Assembly (NCBI GenBank): GCA_016649715.1
Contig: JAENXC010000014.1
Coordinates: 33,813 to 97,812, forward strand
DNA length: 64,000 bases
Reading direction: 5' to 3'
DNA from: Flavobacteriaceae bacterium
GTDB lineage: Bacteria; Bacteroidota; Bacteroidia; Flavobacteriales; Flavobacteriaceae
The translations under genes and the position numbers were made by a program. The notes beneath the pieces were generated by a model. It worked only from the letters and a program-made list of their open reading frames with translations, searched no databases and was not told the DNA's origin. Positions 48,797-59,445 of this stretch are shown one piece after another. Each line of letters opens with the position of its first letter. Position 1 is the first letter of the stretch.

Positions 48797-50497
48797 ATGC
48801 AGCAGATTGACTGGATTGTTTTAATCGGGACCCTTCTTTTCATCGTTCTTTACGGCACCTGGAAATCGCGCCGACAAAAAAACGTGGAAGATTATTTAAA
48901 AGGTGGCAATACTGCGCATTGGTGGACAATTGGGATAAGTGTTATGGCTACCCAAGCCAGTGCCATTACCTTTCTTTCCACGCCAGGTCAGGCCTTTCAC
49001 GACGGGATGGGCTTTGTGCAGTTCTATTTCGGATTGCCAATTGCAATGGTGATAATCTGCTTGGTTTTCATCCCCATTTATCACAAACTGAAAGTTTTCA
49101 CCGCTTACGAATATCTCGAAACCCGTTTCGACAAAAAAACACGCACCCTCACCGCAATCCTCTTTTTAATACAGCGCGGACTTGCCTGCGGCATCACCAT
49201 TTTTGCGCCCTCCATTATCCTTTCGGCTGTATTGGGTTGGAACTTGATTTATTTGAATATCATTATCGGGGTGCTCGTAATCATCTACACCGTGAGCGGC
49301 GGTACCAAGGCCGTAAGCGTTACCCAAAAACAACAAATGGCAGTTATTTTCTTCGGAATGTTGATTGCCTTTTTATTGATTTTAAATTATTTACCGCTGG
49401 ATATTATCTTCTCCAAAGCCCTCGAAATTGCTGGCGCGAACGGCAAAATGGACATACTCGATTTTTCGTTCAATTTTGATAACCGCTACACTTTTTGGAG
49501 CGGCATTATTGGCGGAAGCTTTTTGGCCCTCTCCTACTTCGGCACTGACCAAAGCCAAGTGCAGCGCTACCTTTCGGGCAGAAGTGTGAAGCAAAGCCAA
49601 ATGGGTTTAATAATGAACGGTTTGCTAAAAGTGCCTATGCAGTTTTTTATATTATTGGTGGGAATTATGGTTTTCGTTTTTTACCAATTTAACGCTTCTC
49701 CACTACACTTTAACCCTTCCGCAGTAAAAGATGTTAAGAAATCTGAATACGCCGGTGAATACAAGGCTTTGGAAGTGAAAAAAGAAGCCATTGACAAAGA
49801 ACTCGCAGCGACTCAGATAAGTTATTCAAAAGCGGAAAATGATTTAGAAAAACAAAACTATGTTCAGGAGATAAAGGAATTGAACACTTCCGAAAATAAA
49901 TTGCGGGAACAATCGGTTTCACTAATCAAAAAAGCCAATCCGAATGCCGAAACCAACGATAAAGATTACGTTTTTATACATTTCATTTTAACCAATCTTC
50001 CGCGCGGGTTGATCGGTTTGCTGCTGGCCGTAATTTTAAGCGCGGCCATGTCCTCCACCGCTTCGGAACTCAACGCTTTGGGCAGCACAACAACTATTGA
50101 CCTTTACAAAAGGAACGTGCCCGGAAAACGCGAAAAACATTATGTGGCGGCTTCTCGGGGTTTTACCCTGCTATGGGGCATCATTGCAATAGTCGTGGCC
50201 TGTTCGGCACATTTGTTCGACAACCTTATTCAACTCGTAAACATCATCGGTTCTATTTTCTACGGAAATGTTTTGGGTATTTTCCTGCTTGCTTTCTTTA
50301 TAAAATATGTGCGCAGCAAAGCAGTTTTTATTGCGGCCTTGATTACCCAACTTATTATAATCTACGTTTGGTATATTGACCTAATGCCCTATTTATGGCT
50401 GAATTTGGTGGGTTGTGCCTTGGTTATGGGAATTGCGGTTTTGCTTCAGATTTTACTGCCGAAGAATAATCGGGAAATTATAGTTTTGAAAGAATAA
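48797..50497 (+). CDS. Sodium:solute symporter family transporter
   Basis: SVMATQASAITF, YEYLETRF, GTDQSQVQRY and AAMSSTASELN SSS motifs. Confidence 0.93.
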   Translation: MQQIDWIVLIGTLLFIVLYGTWKSRRQKNVEDYLKGGNTAHWWTIGISVMATQASAITFLSTPGQAFHDGMGFVQFYFGLPIAMVIICLVFIPIYHKLKVFTAYEYLETRFDKKTRTLTAILFLIQRGLACGITIFAPSIILSAVLGWNLIYLNIIIGVLVIIYTVSGGTKAVSVTQKQQMAVIFFGMLIAFLLILNYLPLDIIFSKALEIAGANGKMDILDFSFNFDNRYTFWSGIIGGSFLALSYFGTDQSQVQRYLSGRSVKQSQMGLIMNGLLKVPMQFFILLVGIMVFVFYQFNASPLHFNPSAVKDVKKSEYAGEYKALEVKKEAIDKELAATQISYSKAENDLEKQNYVQEIKELNTSENKLREQSVSLIKKANPNAETNDKDYVFIHFILTNLPRGLIGLLLAVILSAAMSSTASELNALGSTTTIDLYKRNVPGKREKHYVAASRGFTLLWGIIAIVVACSAHLFDNLIQLVNIIGSIFYGNVLGIFLLAFFIKYVRSKAVFIAALITQLIIIYVWYIDLMPYLWLNLVGCALVMGIAVLLQILLPKNNREIIVLKE

Positions 50498-50591
50498 ATA
50501 GCTTGTCAGTTCGAGCGCAGTCGAGAACCGTCAACAGGTCTCAACTTTAGTTTATCCCGAGTTCAGTTAAAAAAACACGACCATAAGTATA

Positions 50592-50629
50592 ATTCGTGAA
50601 CCTGCCCGTCCGGCAGGCGGGTTCGTTGC
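50592..50629. repeat. REP unit split at GAA|TTC by a 21-bp cassette
   Basis: ATTCGTGAA[CCTGCCCGTCCGGCAGGCGGG]TTCGTTGC; the cassette is the exact reverse complement of 6449-6469. Confidence 0.85.
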
Positions 50630-50634
50630 TAAAA

Positions 50635-51678
50635 TTATTTTCTAAAAACCAATTTAGAAATCCTATTGTTTCCCGAAGCAAAAGCAACGCTGTCATTCAC
50701 AAATTCAATAGCGAAAAACCCTTCTTTTGAAAGCTCTTTCCAATTCTTTCCACCGTCGCTACTAAATGAAATACCTGGTGAGCCTACGGCCACAATGCCC
50801 TGCCCCTCCGTTCCCGGAATGTATTTTACGGAGGAACGATACCCCGGTTCTTTGCCATTGGCAATCAGTTTCCACGTTTTTCCTCCGTTCTTGGTTATCG
50901 CTTTATTTCCTTCGTTAAATGATTTGTCCTCCCAATTTCCACCAAATATAATTCCGTTGTCTGCATCTAAAAAATCAATACTGTAAATTCCCGTCATTGC
51001 TTTCCCCTGAATTATTGGGGTGTCAAAAATCTCCCATGTTTCCCCTTTGTCGGCAGTGTGCATAACCCGCGATTTCTTTCCGCCAGTTGCTACCCAAGCG
51101 TTATCACCAAAAATAGCGATGTTGCTATTGCTTGCTGCAAAGGCAGCTTCTCCCCTTTCTGCTTTTGGAAGGTTTTCACACGACAATTTTTTCCATGTAT
51201 TTCCGCCATCGCGGGTAATGATTACGGACATACAGTTTTCAATGGGGTCGCCAATGGCAATACCTTCGTTTTCGTTCCAAAATTTCATGGAATCGTAAAA
51301 AACATTTTCGCCCTTTTCGTTGTAAACCTCTTCAATATTGGTAGCTTCGCTTCCGTTGAACCCAATTTTATAAAGCACCGCGGGATTGGCGATGCTCAAT
51401 ACAAAAACAGCTTCCTTCGTAGCCGCAAGGGATCGGAAATGAAGCAACGAATCGCCGTATTTAATAATCGCAAGTTTCGGGGTGTCGCCATCAATCAAAC
51501 CCACTTTTCCTTTGTCGGCCGCAAACCAAACTCTGTTTTCGTCCAAAGGCTGAATGGCGCGAATGCTCAGACTATCTATAAAAACAGGGGTGATTTTTAC
51601 GGAATTGAATTCAATTTCAGTTTTCTTTTCACAGGAAATGAAGGTTAAAACGGCAAGCAGGATAAAGACGAATCGCAT
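50635..51678 (-). CDS. BNR/Asp-box beta-propeller lipoprotein (YCF48-like)
   Basis: Lipobox FISC; Asp-box repeats TRDGGNTW, TADKGETW, TKNGGKTW and SSDGGKNW. Confidence 0.85.
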   Translation of the reverse strand: MRFVFILLAVLTFISCEKKTEIEFNSVKITPVFIDSLSIRAIQPLDENRVWFAADKGKVGLIDGDTPKLAIIKYGDSLLHFRSLAATKEAVFVLSIANPAVLYKIGFNGSEATNIEEVYNEKGENVFYDSMKFWNENEGIAIGDPIENCMSVIITRDGGNTWKKLSCENLPKAERGEAAFAASNSNIAIFGDNAWVATGGKKSRVMHTADKGETWEIFDTPIIQGKAMTGIYSIDFLDADNGIIFGGNWEDKSFNEGNKAITKNGGKTWKLIANGKEPGYRSSVKYIPGTEGQGIVAVGSPGISFSSDGGKNWKELSKEGFFAIEFVNDSVAFASGNNRISKLVFRK

Positions 51679-51861
51679 TTTTTAAATTTTTGCCAAAAGT
51701 AAGGATTCTAAAATTCCAAATAACAAATTCCTCCCGAAGTCTCGGGACCAAATTTTATTTCTGAATTTATTTTTTTGATTTCGATTTCAGTTTCGATTTC
51801 AGTTTCAAAGAGATACCTTTGCTACCGCAAAAGTTTTCAAACATCAAATACTTTAAAATTA

Positions 51862-51897
51862 GCCACGAACCTGCCTGCCGGCAGGCAGGTTCGTGGC
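51862..51897. repeat. Perfect 36-bp palindrome of REP half-arms around a cassette
   Basis: GCCACGAA[CCTGCCTGCCGGCAGGCAGG]TTCGTGGC in the leader of the RsmB-family gene, after a -7 element TACCTTTG (51814-21). Confidence 0.88.
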
Positions 51898-51912
51898 AAA
51901 AAAACGCAGAAA

Positions 51913-53133
51913 ATGAAATTACACCGAAACCTCGTATTCGCCACCATAGATTCCCTCCACTTGATTTTCAACGAAAACAAGCAGGCGGACAAAGTGTTGA
52001 AAAACACCCTGAAACGCGACAAACGTTGGGGCGCACGCGACAGGGGCTTTATTGCCGAAACCACTTATGACATTGTTCGTTGGAAGCGATTGTATGCCGA
52101 AATTGCCGAAGTGCGCGAACCCTTTGACCGTCCAAACCTTTTTAGAATGTTTACCGTTTGGGCAACACTGAACGGAATTGCAATCCCCGAATGGAAACAA
52201 TTCGAAGACACTCCAACTCGACGTATTAAAGGAAAATTCGACGAACTTTCAAAAATCAGGAAGATGCGCGAATCCATTCCAGATTGGTTGGATGATTTGG
52301 GCCATAAAGAACTTGGGAAAAAGTGGGATAAGGAAATTGCTGCCTTAAACCAACAAGCCGATGTGGTTCTGCGCGTAAATACTTTAAAAACCACCGTTGA
52401 AAAACTTCAAAATGAACTGGCAGATTTAGAGATTGAAACCGAAACCTTAAAAGGCTATCCCTATGCTTTAAAGTTGAAAGAGCGCGCAAATGTTTTCACC
52501 ACCGATGCTTTTAAAAATGGTTTGTTTGAAGTGCAGGATGCTTCTTCGCAAAGAGTCGCTGAAATTCTCGACGCAAAACCGGGCGAACGCATTATTGATG
52601 CCTGCGCCGGAGCGGGAGGAAAAAGCCTTCACATTGCAACAATGATGGAGAACAAAGGCCAATTGATTGCGATGGACATATATGAAAGCAAGCTGAACGA
52701 ATTGAAACGCCGCGCCCGAAGGAACGATATTTTCAACATCGAGACCCGTGTGATAGATTCGACGAAAGTGATAAAAAAACTGATTGAAAAAGCAGACAAA
52801 GTCTTGATTGATGCGCCTTGCTCAGGCTTGGGCGTTTTAAGAAGAAATCCGGACGCCAAATGGAAACTACAACCCGAATTTTTGGATAACATCCGCGCTA
52901 CTCAAAAGGAATTGCTGGACAGCTATTCCCGAATGGTGAGGCCGGGCGGACAGTTGGTTTACGCAACCTGCTCTATCCTTCCTTCCGAAAACGAACTGCA
53001 AGTAAAAGATTTCTTGGGTCGTGAAGCTGGAAAGGATTTCACACTTGTAAGTGAAGAAAAAATAATGCCCAGCAAAAGCGGTTTTGATGGTTTTTATATT
53101 TCCCTACTTGAAAAAAAGAATTTAAAAAAGTAA
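51913..53133 (+). CDS. RsmB/NOP2 family RNA m5C methyltransferase
   Basis: Start MKLHRNLV at 51913; VQDASSQ, DACAGAGGKS, DAPCSGLG and YATCS. Confidence 0.92.
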   Translation: MKLHRNLVFATIDSLHLIFNENKQADKVLKNTLKRDKRWGARDRGFIAETTYDIVRWKRLYAEIAEVREPFDRPNLFRMFTVWATLNGIAIPEWKQFEDTPTRRIKGKFDELSKIRKMRESIPDWLDDLGHKELGKKWDKEIAALNQQADVVLRVNTLKTTVEKLQNELADLEIETETLKGYPYALKLKERANVFTTDAFKNGLFEVQDASSQRVAEILDAKPGERIIDACAGAGGKSLHIATMMENKGQLIAMDIYESKLNELKRRARRNDIFNIETRVIDSTKVIKKLIEKADKVLIDAPCSGLGVLRRNPDAKWKLQPEFLDNIRATQKELLDSYSRMVRPGGQLVYATCSILPSENELQVKDFLGREAGKDFTLVSEEKIMPSKSGFDGFYISLLEKKNLKK

Positions 53134-53260
53134 CCGTTTCCAATAACAGTAGATCATTTCATTCTTTATAATGGAATTCATTTATTGGAACCCATTTCTT
53201 CGGAAAAAGATTTGCGAAAAAAAATGTGGTTCAATAGTTTTTCAGAATACTCCAGAATAG

Positions 53261-53289
53261 AAAAGAGCGGGTAAACACCCGCTCTTTTT
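53261..53289. terminator. Bidirectional terminator
   Basis: AAAAGAGCGGGT-AAAC-ACCCGCTCTTTTT. Confidence 0.85.
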
Positions 53290-53314
53290 GTTTTAACTAT
53301 TTCAACTAAAGAAT

Positions 53315-56236
53315 TTATTCAACAATAATCCTTCCCGTTTTGAAAGCCTTGGTTTCTTTTCCACCCACTCTCACAATATAAACGCCGCTTGCCACTTCAC
53401 TCATATCGAGTCTCGCTTTAAATGAATCGCCCATTTTGTTCAGCATTTTCACTTTAAGTTGTTGGCCCAACATATTGTAAACGGCTAAATAAGCGGTGCC
53501 ATCAAATGCTGTTGTCAGTGTTACTTCGAATTGTTTGTTGCCTTCGGTTGTAATAATTAAACTACCATTTCTGATGGAAAAATCATTTACACCGAGGGTG
53601 CCTATATTTGCTGTGTAGTCTTCTGTTTCACCGAAACTGGTTTCTTCACAAGCATCTGCTGGAACAGGTCCGTTCCAGTTGGTTTTGGCACGCATACGGT
53701 GTGGGCCTATTGCAGCTCCTGCCGGAACCACCAAATCCATAGTTACGGTATAAATTCCTGAGCCTTGTCCAGAAGCAATTTCTACGTTATTGACTACTAC
53801 TTCATTTGCAGTAAAAGTAGAATCGTCGTTATAATCTATCCAAACTTTAACAAACTGATCGCCGTAATTAGTGGTTACTGTAAGATCGTTCGTACTGCCA
53901 GGTGCTAAATTTGCTATTAGGTTCGTAAAATCACCATAGCCTTCACAACCGGATGAATTGTTGATTTCCGCAACGGAAAAAAGACGGAAACCATCTCCAT
54001 AAGAGCAATCGCTTGTAGGTTGGCAAAGTACATGTTCGATTACCTCCGTTACTGCATCATTGGCCGCATTGGAATCTCCTGTCAAAGAAGTTGAAACAGT
54101 AACATTATAGGTTCCCAATACAGAAAAATCTGCCTTTTGGGTGAAACTATAATTCATTTCTTGCTCTGAGCCTATTGGACCTGCAAAGGTTTCAACTACG
54201 GGCGTGCCACCATTAATTACATATTGTACGTTAAAATTTGATTGCGTAGTAGCCCCGAAGTTTTTAATTTTTGCGGTAATGGTTTCATTATTACCTAAGC
54301 CAGGTCCAGAAATTGGTGCGGTAATATCAGTTGCTCCCACATCATTCGCTATAAGATTCGTTATATCTTTCGTGTATGGATCGTTTGCGGGGAACTCATC
54401 CCCAGCTAAATTTGTTCTTACTTCAATGGAATAGGTTTGACCAGAAGTAGATAAATCTACAGTTTGTGTAAATGTGTAAGTTGCAGTTGTTCCAGCTGCA
54501 ATTGTACCAGCAAATGTTTCAGAAGCCATTAAATTACCATCCACCCTAAGTTGCAAAGGAATGTTGCTCTGTGGCGCTGTACCAAAGTTTCTTATGCTTA
54601 CCTCCACGGTTTCGGCATTTGTCAAAATTCCATTTACGGGTTGTATAAGCGCGTTTATACCAACATCTTTTGCAAATCCGCCCGAAAGTGTGAAAGCCGC
54701 AATCTGGGTTCTCCAGTTGTTGTTTGAGGAAAAATATTCAGCAGCAAACCAAAACGTAAAATTATCGGGATCCATTGTTAAATGTGTGTAATCCCCAAAC
54801 CGATTGGTATAAGTTTGCACTCCAGCCCCGGGAATTATTTCGGTTTCTGCAACGGTCATTTGTCCCAAAGGGTCACCGTTTAATCTTCCCGTATATCTTA
54901 TTGATGCTTTAAGTGTGCTACTGGCAACGTTAAACGCCAAACCAATATTTCCAGCGGCATCCATGCCTGCGCTACCCATAAAACGGCTGTGTCCGTCAGC
55001 TGGTGCATAGGTTCCTTCTTGATATATAGACCACGGGTTGGAAGCGTCATTTCGCAATTCAATCCAGTGAATACCTGAAGTGTCGTTATTGTCAACATCT
55101 GTGTTGAACGTAATCACCCAACTGTTATGGCCCGCAAAACTGCGGTAGTTGGCGGCATAGGAAATTACGCCTCCAATCATATCAATTTTTTGACTGGTTC
55201 CAGGTTGTTGTACATCACCAGTTCCAAATGGTGCAAACACCGAGTTAAAAGGATCTGTAGGTATCTCTAAAGGTGCTGAAATGGTAGAATTTCCCGTATT
55301 TGTCCAGTCTAAATTTATTTCCCAAACTTTCAAATGGTCAAAACTCACTCCGGACCAACCGTCATCCTGAAGATAGGTTACATAGCCAGGAACATTTGCT
55401 GGAAAGTTGGTTCCTAAAAGATTTGCAGGTTCTGGGCTCAAAACGGTGTTTGTGTTTTGTGTGCTTCCGGGAAGTGGAAATCCAACAATTTTAGGGCTTG
55501 CACCACCTGCAAGCATTACATCTCTTTCCACTGCATATACTTTATTGGCAGTCCCAATATTTGCAGTTAAATAATATGCATCATGCCAAACACTGTAATG
55601 GGGATAATCAGGAAAACTCCCGAAAGTGTATTGATATACATTATAAGCTCCCGTTGGGTCGTTGGTAACTGAAACACCAATTGCCAATGAATTGTTCCCC
55701 GAACCAAATTCACTCACAAACCAACGGTCTGCAAGTTGGTCGTACATTATAATTGGATCTCCTGAATTTGAACCAATTCCCAAGAAAGTCCCCAAAGCAA
55801 CGGGGCCAACAAGCAAAGTTCCTGTTTTACTGAAAATTTTCACAATGGAGTTTACCGAATGTACATAATGATTTGGACCTGCTGCCCCTGTTGGATCTGG
55901 TGGAACATATCCAGATTCCGATGAGGAAGCACCGATAAAGTTCTGTTCAATGACGCGGGTTTGAATTTTTCCAAAATCTCTTTGTACGTTTTGGTCAATG
56001 CCGATGGGCAACGCGTTTGCATTTACCTGCGGATTGTAGCGTGATCTATTGGTGACCACCTTGATTTCTTTAGTACTCTGATCGTATTCTTCTTCTTGAA
56101 TCGCAAAATCACGTAAAGGAATGGTTTTTCCAATAAAGGTTCCAACAATAACCTCATCTGGCGGAAAGCTTTGTTGGGCGAAAACGCCAATCCCAAAAAG
56201 CAGAGAGGCTGCAAATAGTAGTTTTTTAAGTTTCAT
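53315..56236 (-). CDS. T9SS cargo protein, paralogue A: uncharacterised head, two CARDB/Ig-like domains, GEVED domain, CTD
   Basis: Start MKLKKLL at 56236; PPDPTGAAGPNHYV head; two NDVG-initiated Ig repeats; KVWIDYN...HRMR...GETEDY (GEVED); YNMLGQ...SGVYIV CTD. Confidence 0.88.
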   Translation of the reverse strand: MKLKKLLFAASLLFGIGVFAQQSFPPDEVIVGTFIGKTIPLRDFAIQEEEYDQSTKEIKVVTNRSRYNPQVNANALPIGIDQNVQRDFGKIQTRVIEQNFIGASSSESGYVPPDPTGAAGPNHYVHSVNSIVKIFSKTGTLLVGPVALGTFLGIGSNSGDPIIMYDQLADRWFVSEFGSGNNSLAIGVSVTNDPTGAYNVYQYTFGSFPDYPHYSVWHDAYYLTANIGTANKVYAVERDVMLAGGASPKIVGFPLPGSTQNTNTVLSPEPANLLGTNFPANVPGYVTYLQDDGWSGVSFDHLKVWEINLDWTNTGNSTISAPLEIPTDPFNSVFAPFGTGDVQQPGTSQKIDMIGGVISYAANYRSFAGHNSWVITFNTDVDNNDTSGIHWIELRNDASNPWSIYQEGTYAPADGHSRFMGSAGMDAAGNIGLAFNVASSTLKASIRYTGRLNGDPLGQMTVAETEIIPGAGVQTYTNRFGDYTHLTMDPDNFTFWFAAEYFSSNNNWRTQIAAFTLSGGFAKDVGINALIQPVNGILTNAETVEVSIRNFGTAPQSNIPLQLRVDGNLMASETFAGTIAAGTTATYTFTQTVDLSTSGQTYSIEVRTNLAGDEFPANDPYTKDITNLIANDVGATDITAPISGPGLGNNETITAKIKNFGATTQSNFNVQYVINGGTPVVETFAGPIGSEQEMNYSFTQKADFSVLGTYNVTVSTSLTGDSNAANDAVTEVIEHVLCQPTSDCSYGDGFRLFSVAEINNSSGCEGYGDFTNLIANLAPGSTNDLTVTTNYGDQFVKVWIDYNDDSTFTANEVVVNNVEIASGQGSGIYTVTMDLVVPAGAAIGPHRMRAKTNWNGPVPADACEETSFGETEDYTANIGTLGVNDFSIRNGSLIITTEGNKQFEVTLTTAFDGTAYLAVYNMLGQQLKVKMLNKMGDSFKARLDMSEVASGVYIVRVGGKETKAFKTGRIIVE

Positions 56237-56412
56237 GGTTTGTTTTTTAAATTTAAGGAGACGAAAGATACTCATATATTTTAAATCATTTAAACTGTTA
56301 TCCAATATTTTAAATTCAAATAAGTATTTTTAATACCGTTCAATCCCTTTAACATAAAAAAGCCGCCCCAAATTGATTTTGGGACGGCTTCTTGTTAAGA
56401 ATTATAAAAAAA

Positions 56413-59331
56413 TTATTTCACTATCAATCTTGCAGTTTTAACAGCCTTTGTGTCCTGCCCTCCGGCTTTAATAATGTAAACGCCGCTTGCCGCAAAAGAC
56501 ATGTCTAATGATAAATGATAGGCACCATCCACTTTTCCGATGGGTTTGATGCCCAATTCCTGACCGAGCATATTATAAACAGAAATATAACCCATACCTT
56601 CATAATCTGAAACCAAGGATATTTCAAAGTGTTTGTTGTCTGTACTGGTTATTAACAATTCGCCATTCCTGATAGACATATCATCAATTCCCAAGGTACC
56701 AATGTTGGCGGTGTAATCTTCTGTTTCGCCAAATTGTGTTACCTCGCAGGCATCTGCTGGAACGGGTCCGTTCCAATTGGTTTTGCCTCGCATACGATGT
56801 GGCCCAATTGCGGCTCCTGCTGGAACCACCAAATCCATAGTTACGGTATAGGTTCCTGAGCCTTGGCCAGAGGCAATTTCTACGTTATCAACCACTACTT
56901 CATTTGCGGTAAAGGTAGAATTATCGTTATAATCTATCCAAACTTTCACGAATTGGTCGCCGTAATTTGTAGTAACAGTAAGCTGGTTGGTACTATCCGG
57001 TGCTAAATTGGCAATTAGATTCGTAAAATCACCGTATCCTTCGCAACCGGAAGGATTGTTTATTTCTGCAACGGCAAATAGTCGGAATCCATCCCCATAG
57101 GAACAGTCCATAACTGGTTGGCAAAGTACATTTTCTATCAGTTCGGTAACTGAATCATTAGACGCATTTGCATCACCCGCCAAGGAAGTTGAAACGGTAA
57201 CGCTATAGATTCCCAAAGCAGAAAAATCTGCCTTTTGGGTAAAACTATAGGCCATTTCTGCTTCTGGAGCAATGGGTCCTACTATGGTTTCAACAACGGG
57301 GGTTCCGCCGTCAATAACATATTGCACGCTAAAATTGGATTGTGGAGCAGCTCCAAAGTTTTTGATAGTTGCAGTAATGGTTTCATTATTCCCCAAGCCA
57401 GGTCCCGAAACAGGGGCAGTTATTGCAATGGCACCCACATCATTGGACAAAAGATTTGTAACTTGTTTATTGTAGGGATCATTTGCAAGAAATTCATCAC
57501 CCGCTAAATTGGTTTTTACTTCAATATCATACGTTTGTCCAGATGTTGATAAATCTACGGTCTGTGTAAAAGTGTAGTTTGAAGCAGCTCCCGCAGCTAT
57601 AGTTCCTGCAAAAGTTTCCGAGGCTTTTAAAATTCCATCAACGCGCAGTTCCAAAGGAATTCCCGATTGTGGATCAGTTCCGAAATTACGGATGCTTACT
57701 TCAACCGTTTCAGCGTTGGTCAAAAGACCGTTGCTGGGTTGAATTATGTTGTTTATACCCACATCCTTGGCAAAACCGCCCGAAATTCTATACGAAGCTA
57801 TCTGTGTTCTCCAAGCATTGTTTGACGAGAAGAAATCTGCTGTGTGCCAAAATGTAAAATTGTCAGGATCCATAGTGGTATGGCCGTAATCCCCATATCT
57901 ATAGGTGTTGTTGCGCACCCCTACTCCGTTGACAATCGTGGTTTCCGCTACGGTCATGGTTCCCAATGGGTCACCGTCAAAACGCCCCGTATAACGAACA
58001 CCTACGGGCAAGGTGGAACTTCCAATACTGTAGGCAAGCCCAATATTTCCTGCGGCATCCATTGCGGAACTGCTCATAAATCGGCTGTGCCCATCTGCAG
58101 GTGCATAAGTACCTTCTTGATAGATCGTCCAAGGGTTGGAACTGTCGTTTCTTAATTCTATCCATCGAATACCGCCAGTGTCGTTGGCATCAATAAAAGT
58201 ATTGAAGGTTATAAGCCAAGAATTGTGATCTGCAAAACTTCTATAGTTTGCTCCAAAAGAAATAATACCGCCGTGTCCAGCTAGTTTTTGATTGGTTCCG
58301 GGTTGTTCCACTGCTCCTTGTCCGAATATTTCACCTGCGTCAAAAGGATCAGTCGGTACTACAAGTGGAGCGGAAATAGTAGAGTTTGCAGGGGTTGTCC
58401 AATCCATATGCATTTCCCAAATCTTTAAATGGTCACTTGAAACCCCACTCCAAGCATCATCCTGCAAATAGGTGACATATCCAGGAGTGTTGGGCGGAAT
58501 GACAGTTCCCAAAAGATTGGCAGCTTCGGGGCTCTTTACTTGGTTTGGGTTCACCACAATTCCAGGCAGTGTGAATATTACAATTGCAGGACTGGGTCCT
58601 CCATTGAGTATTTCGTCGCGATCCAAGGCAAATGCGCGGGTAGTTTGTCCGTCTAGGTTCACGGTGCCGTAATAAGCATCTGGCCATACGGCATAATGTG
58701 GATAATCCGGAAAACCGTTAAAAGCGTATTGGTACACATTATAGGCTCCAGTTGGATCGCTGGTGGCTGACACTCCTATTGCTAAGGAATTTCCGCCGCT
58801 GATATTTCCAAATTCACTAACAAGCCATCGGTCTGCCAATTGGTCGTACATCACAATGGGGTCGCCACTGTTGCCGCCAAAACCGAGAAAGGTTCCCAGT
58901 GAAACTGGCCCGACCAATAAAGTTCCTGTTTTAGAAAAAATCTTTACCAGTGAATTTACGGAGTGAACGTAATGGTTTGGTCCAACTGCCCCTGTGGGAT
59001 CTGGAGGATAATACCCAGATTCTGAAGAGGAGGCTCCAATAAAGTTTTGCTCTATGGGCCTTGTTGCAATCTGTCCGAGTGTTTTTTGCAGATTGTCGAT
59101 GACGGTCGGTGGAACCTCGTTGATTTCAATTTGTGTGGTAGATTCGTTTGGTACTACCCTCATCGTTTTGGGGTCTAAATTAAGGTTTTCCGGCATGGTT
59201 GGAAAATCGCGTAAAGGCATCGTCTGTCCAACAAACGTACCTACTATAATCTGCTCTGGCGGAAATTGCTGCTGCGCGAAAATCCCCAAGCTAAAAAATA
59301 AAGCTAATGTTACTAGTAATTTGTTTTGCAT
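56413..59331 (-). CDS. T9SS cargo protein, paralogue B (mosaic of A and C)
   Basis: Same architecture; head and CTD match paralogue C, while the Ig-GEVED stalk matches paralogue A. Confidence 0.9.
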   Translation of the reverse strand: MQNKLLVTLALFFSLGIFAQQQFPPEQIIVGTFVGQTMPLRDFPTMPENLNLDPKTMRVVPNESTTQIEINEVPPTVIDNLQKTLGQIATRPIEQNFIGASSSESGYYPPDPTGAVGPNHYVHSVNSLVKIFSKTGTLLVGPVSLGTFLGFGGNSGDPIVMYDQLADRWLVSEFGNISGGNSLAIGVSATSDPTGAYNVYQYAFNGFPDYPHYAVWPDAYYGTVNLDGQTTRAFALDRDEILNGGPSPAIVIFTLPGIVVNPNQVKSPEAANLLGTVIPPNTPGYVTYLQDDAWSGVSSDHLKIWEMHMDWTTPANSTISAPLVVPTDPFDAGEIFGQGAVEQPGTNQKLAGHGGIISFGANYRSFADHNSWLITFNTFIDANDTGGIRWIELRNDSSNPWTIYQEGTYAPADGHSRFMSSSAMDAAGNIGLAYSIGSSTLPVGVRYTGRFDGDPLGTMTVAETTIVNGVGVRNNTYRYGDYGHTTMDPDNFTFWHTADFFSSNNAWRTQIASYRISGGFAKDVGINNIIQPSNGLLTNAETVEVSIRNFGTDPQSGIPLELRVDGILKASETFAGTIAAGAASNYTFTQTVDLSTSGQTYDIEVKTNLAGDEFLANDPYNKQVTNLLSNDVGAIAITAPVSGPGLGNNETITATIKNFGAAPQSNFSVQYVIDGGTPVVETIVGPIAPEAEMAYSFTQKADFSALGIYSVTVSTSLAGDANASNDSVTELIENVLCQPVMDCSYGDGFRLFAVAEINNPSGCEGYGDFTNLIANLAPDSTNQLTVTTNYGDQFVKVWIDYNDNSTFTANEVVVDNVEIASGQGSGTYTVTMDLVVPAGAAIGPHRMRGKTNWNGPVPADACEVTQFGETEDYTANIGTLGIDDMSIRNGELLITSTDNKHFEISLVSDYEGMGYISVYNMLGQELGIKPIGKVDGAYHLSLDMSFAASGVYIIKAGGQDTKAVKTARLIVK

Positions 59332-59445
59332 TTTGGTTTGATTTTAATTATAAAAGCGAAAGGTAATAATATATTTTAAATCATTTTAAATGTGATTCAA
59401 TATTTTGAATACACAGTAGTATTTTCAAAATCGTTTAATCCATTA

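Noticed and set aside
53134-53192. TTCCAATAA...TTATTGGAA inverted repeat after the RsmB-family gene as a MITE remnant
   Set aside because: The arms are only 9 bp in AT-rich DNA with no target duplication.
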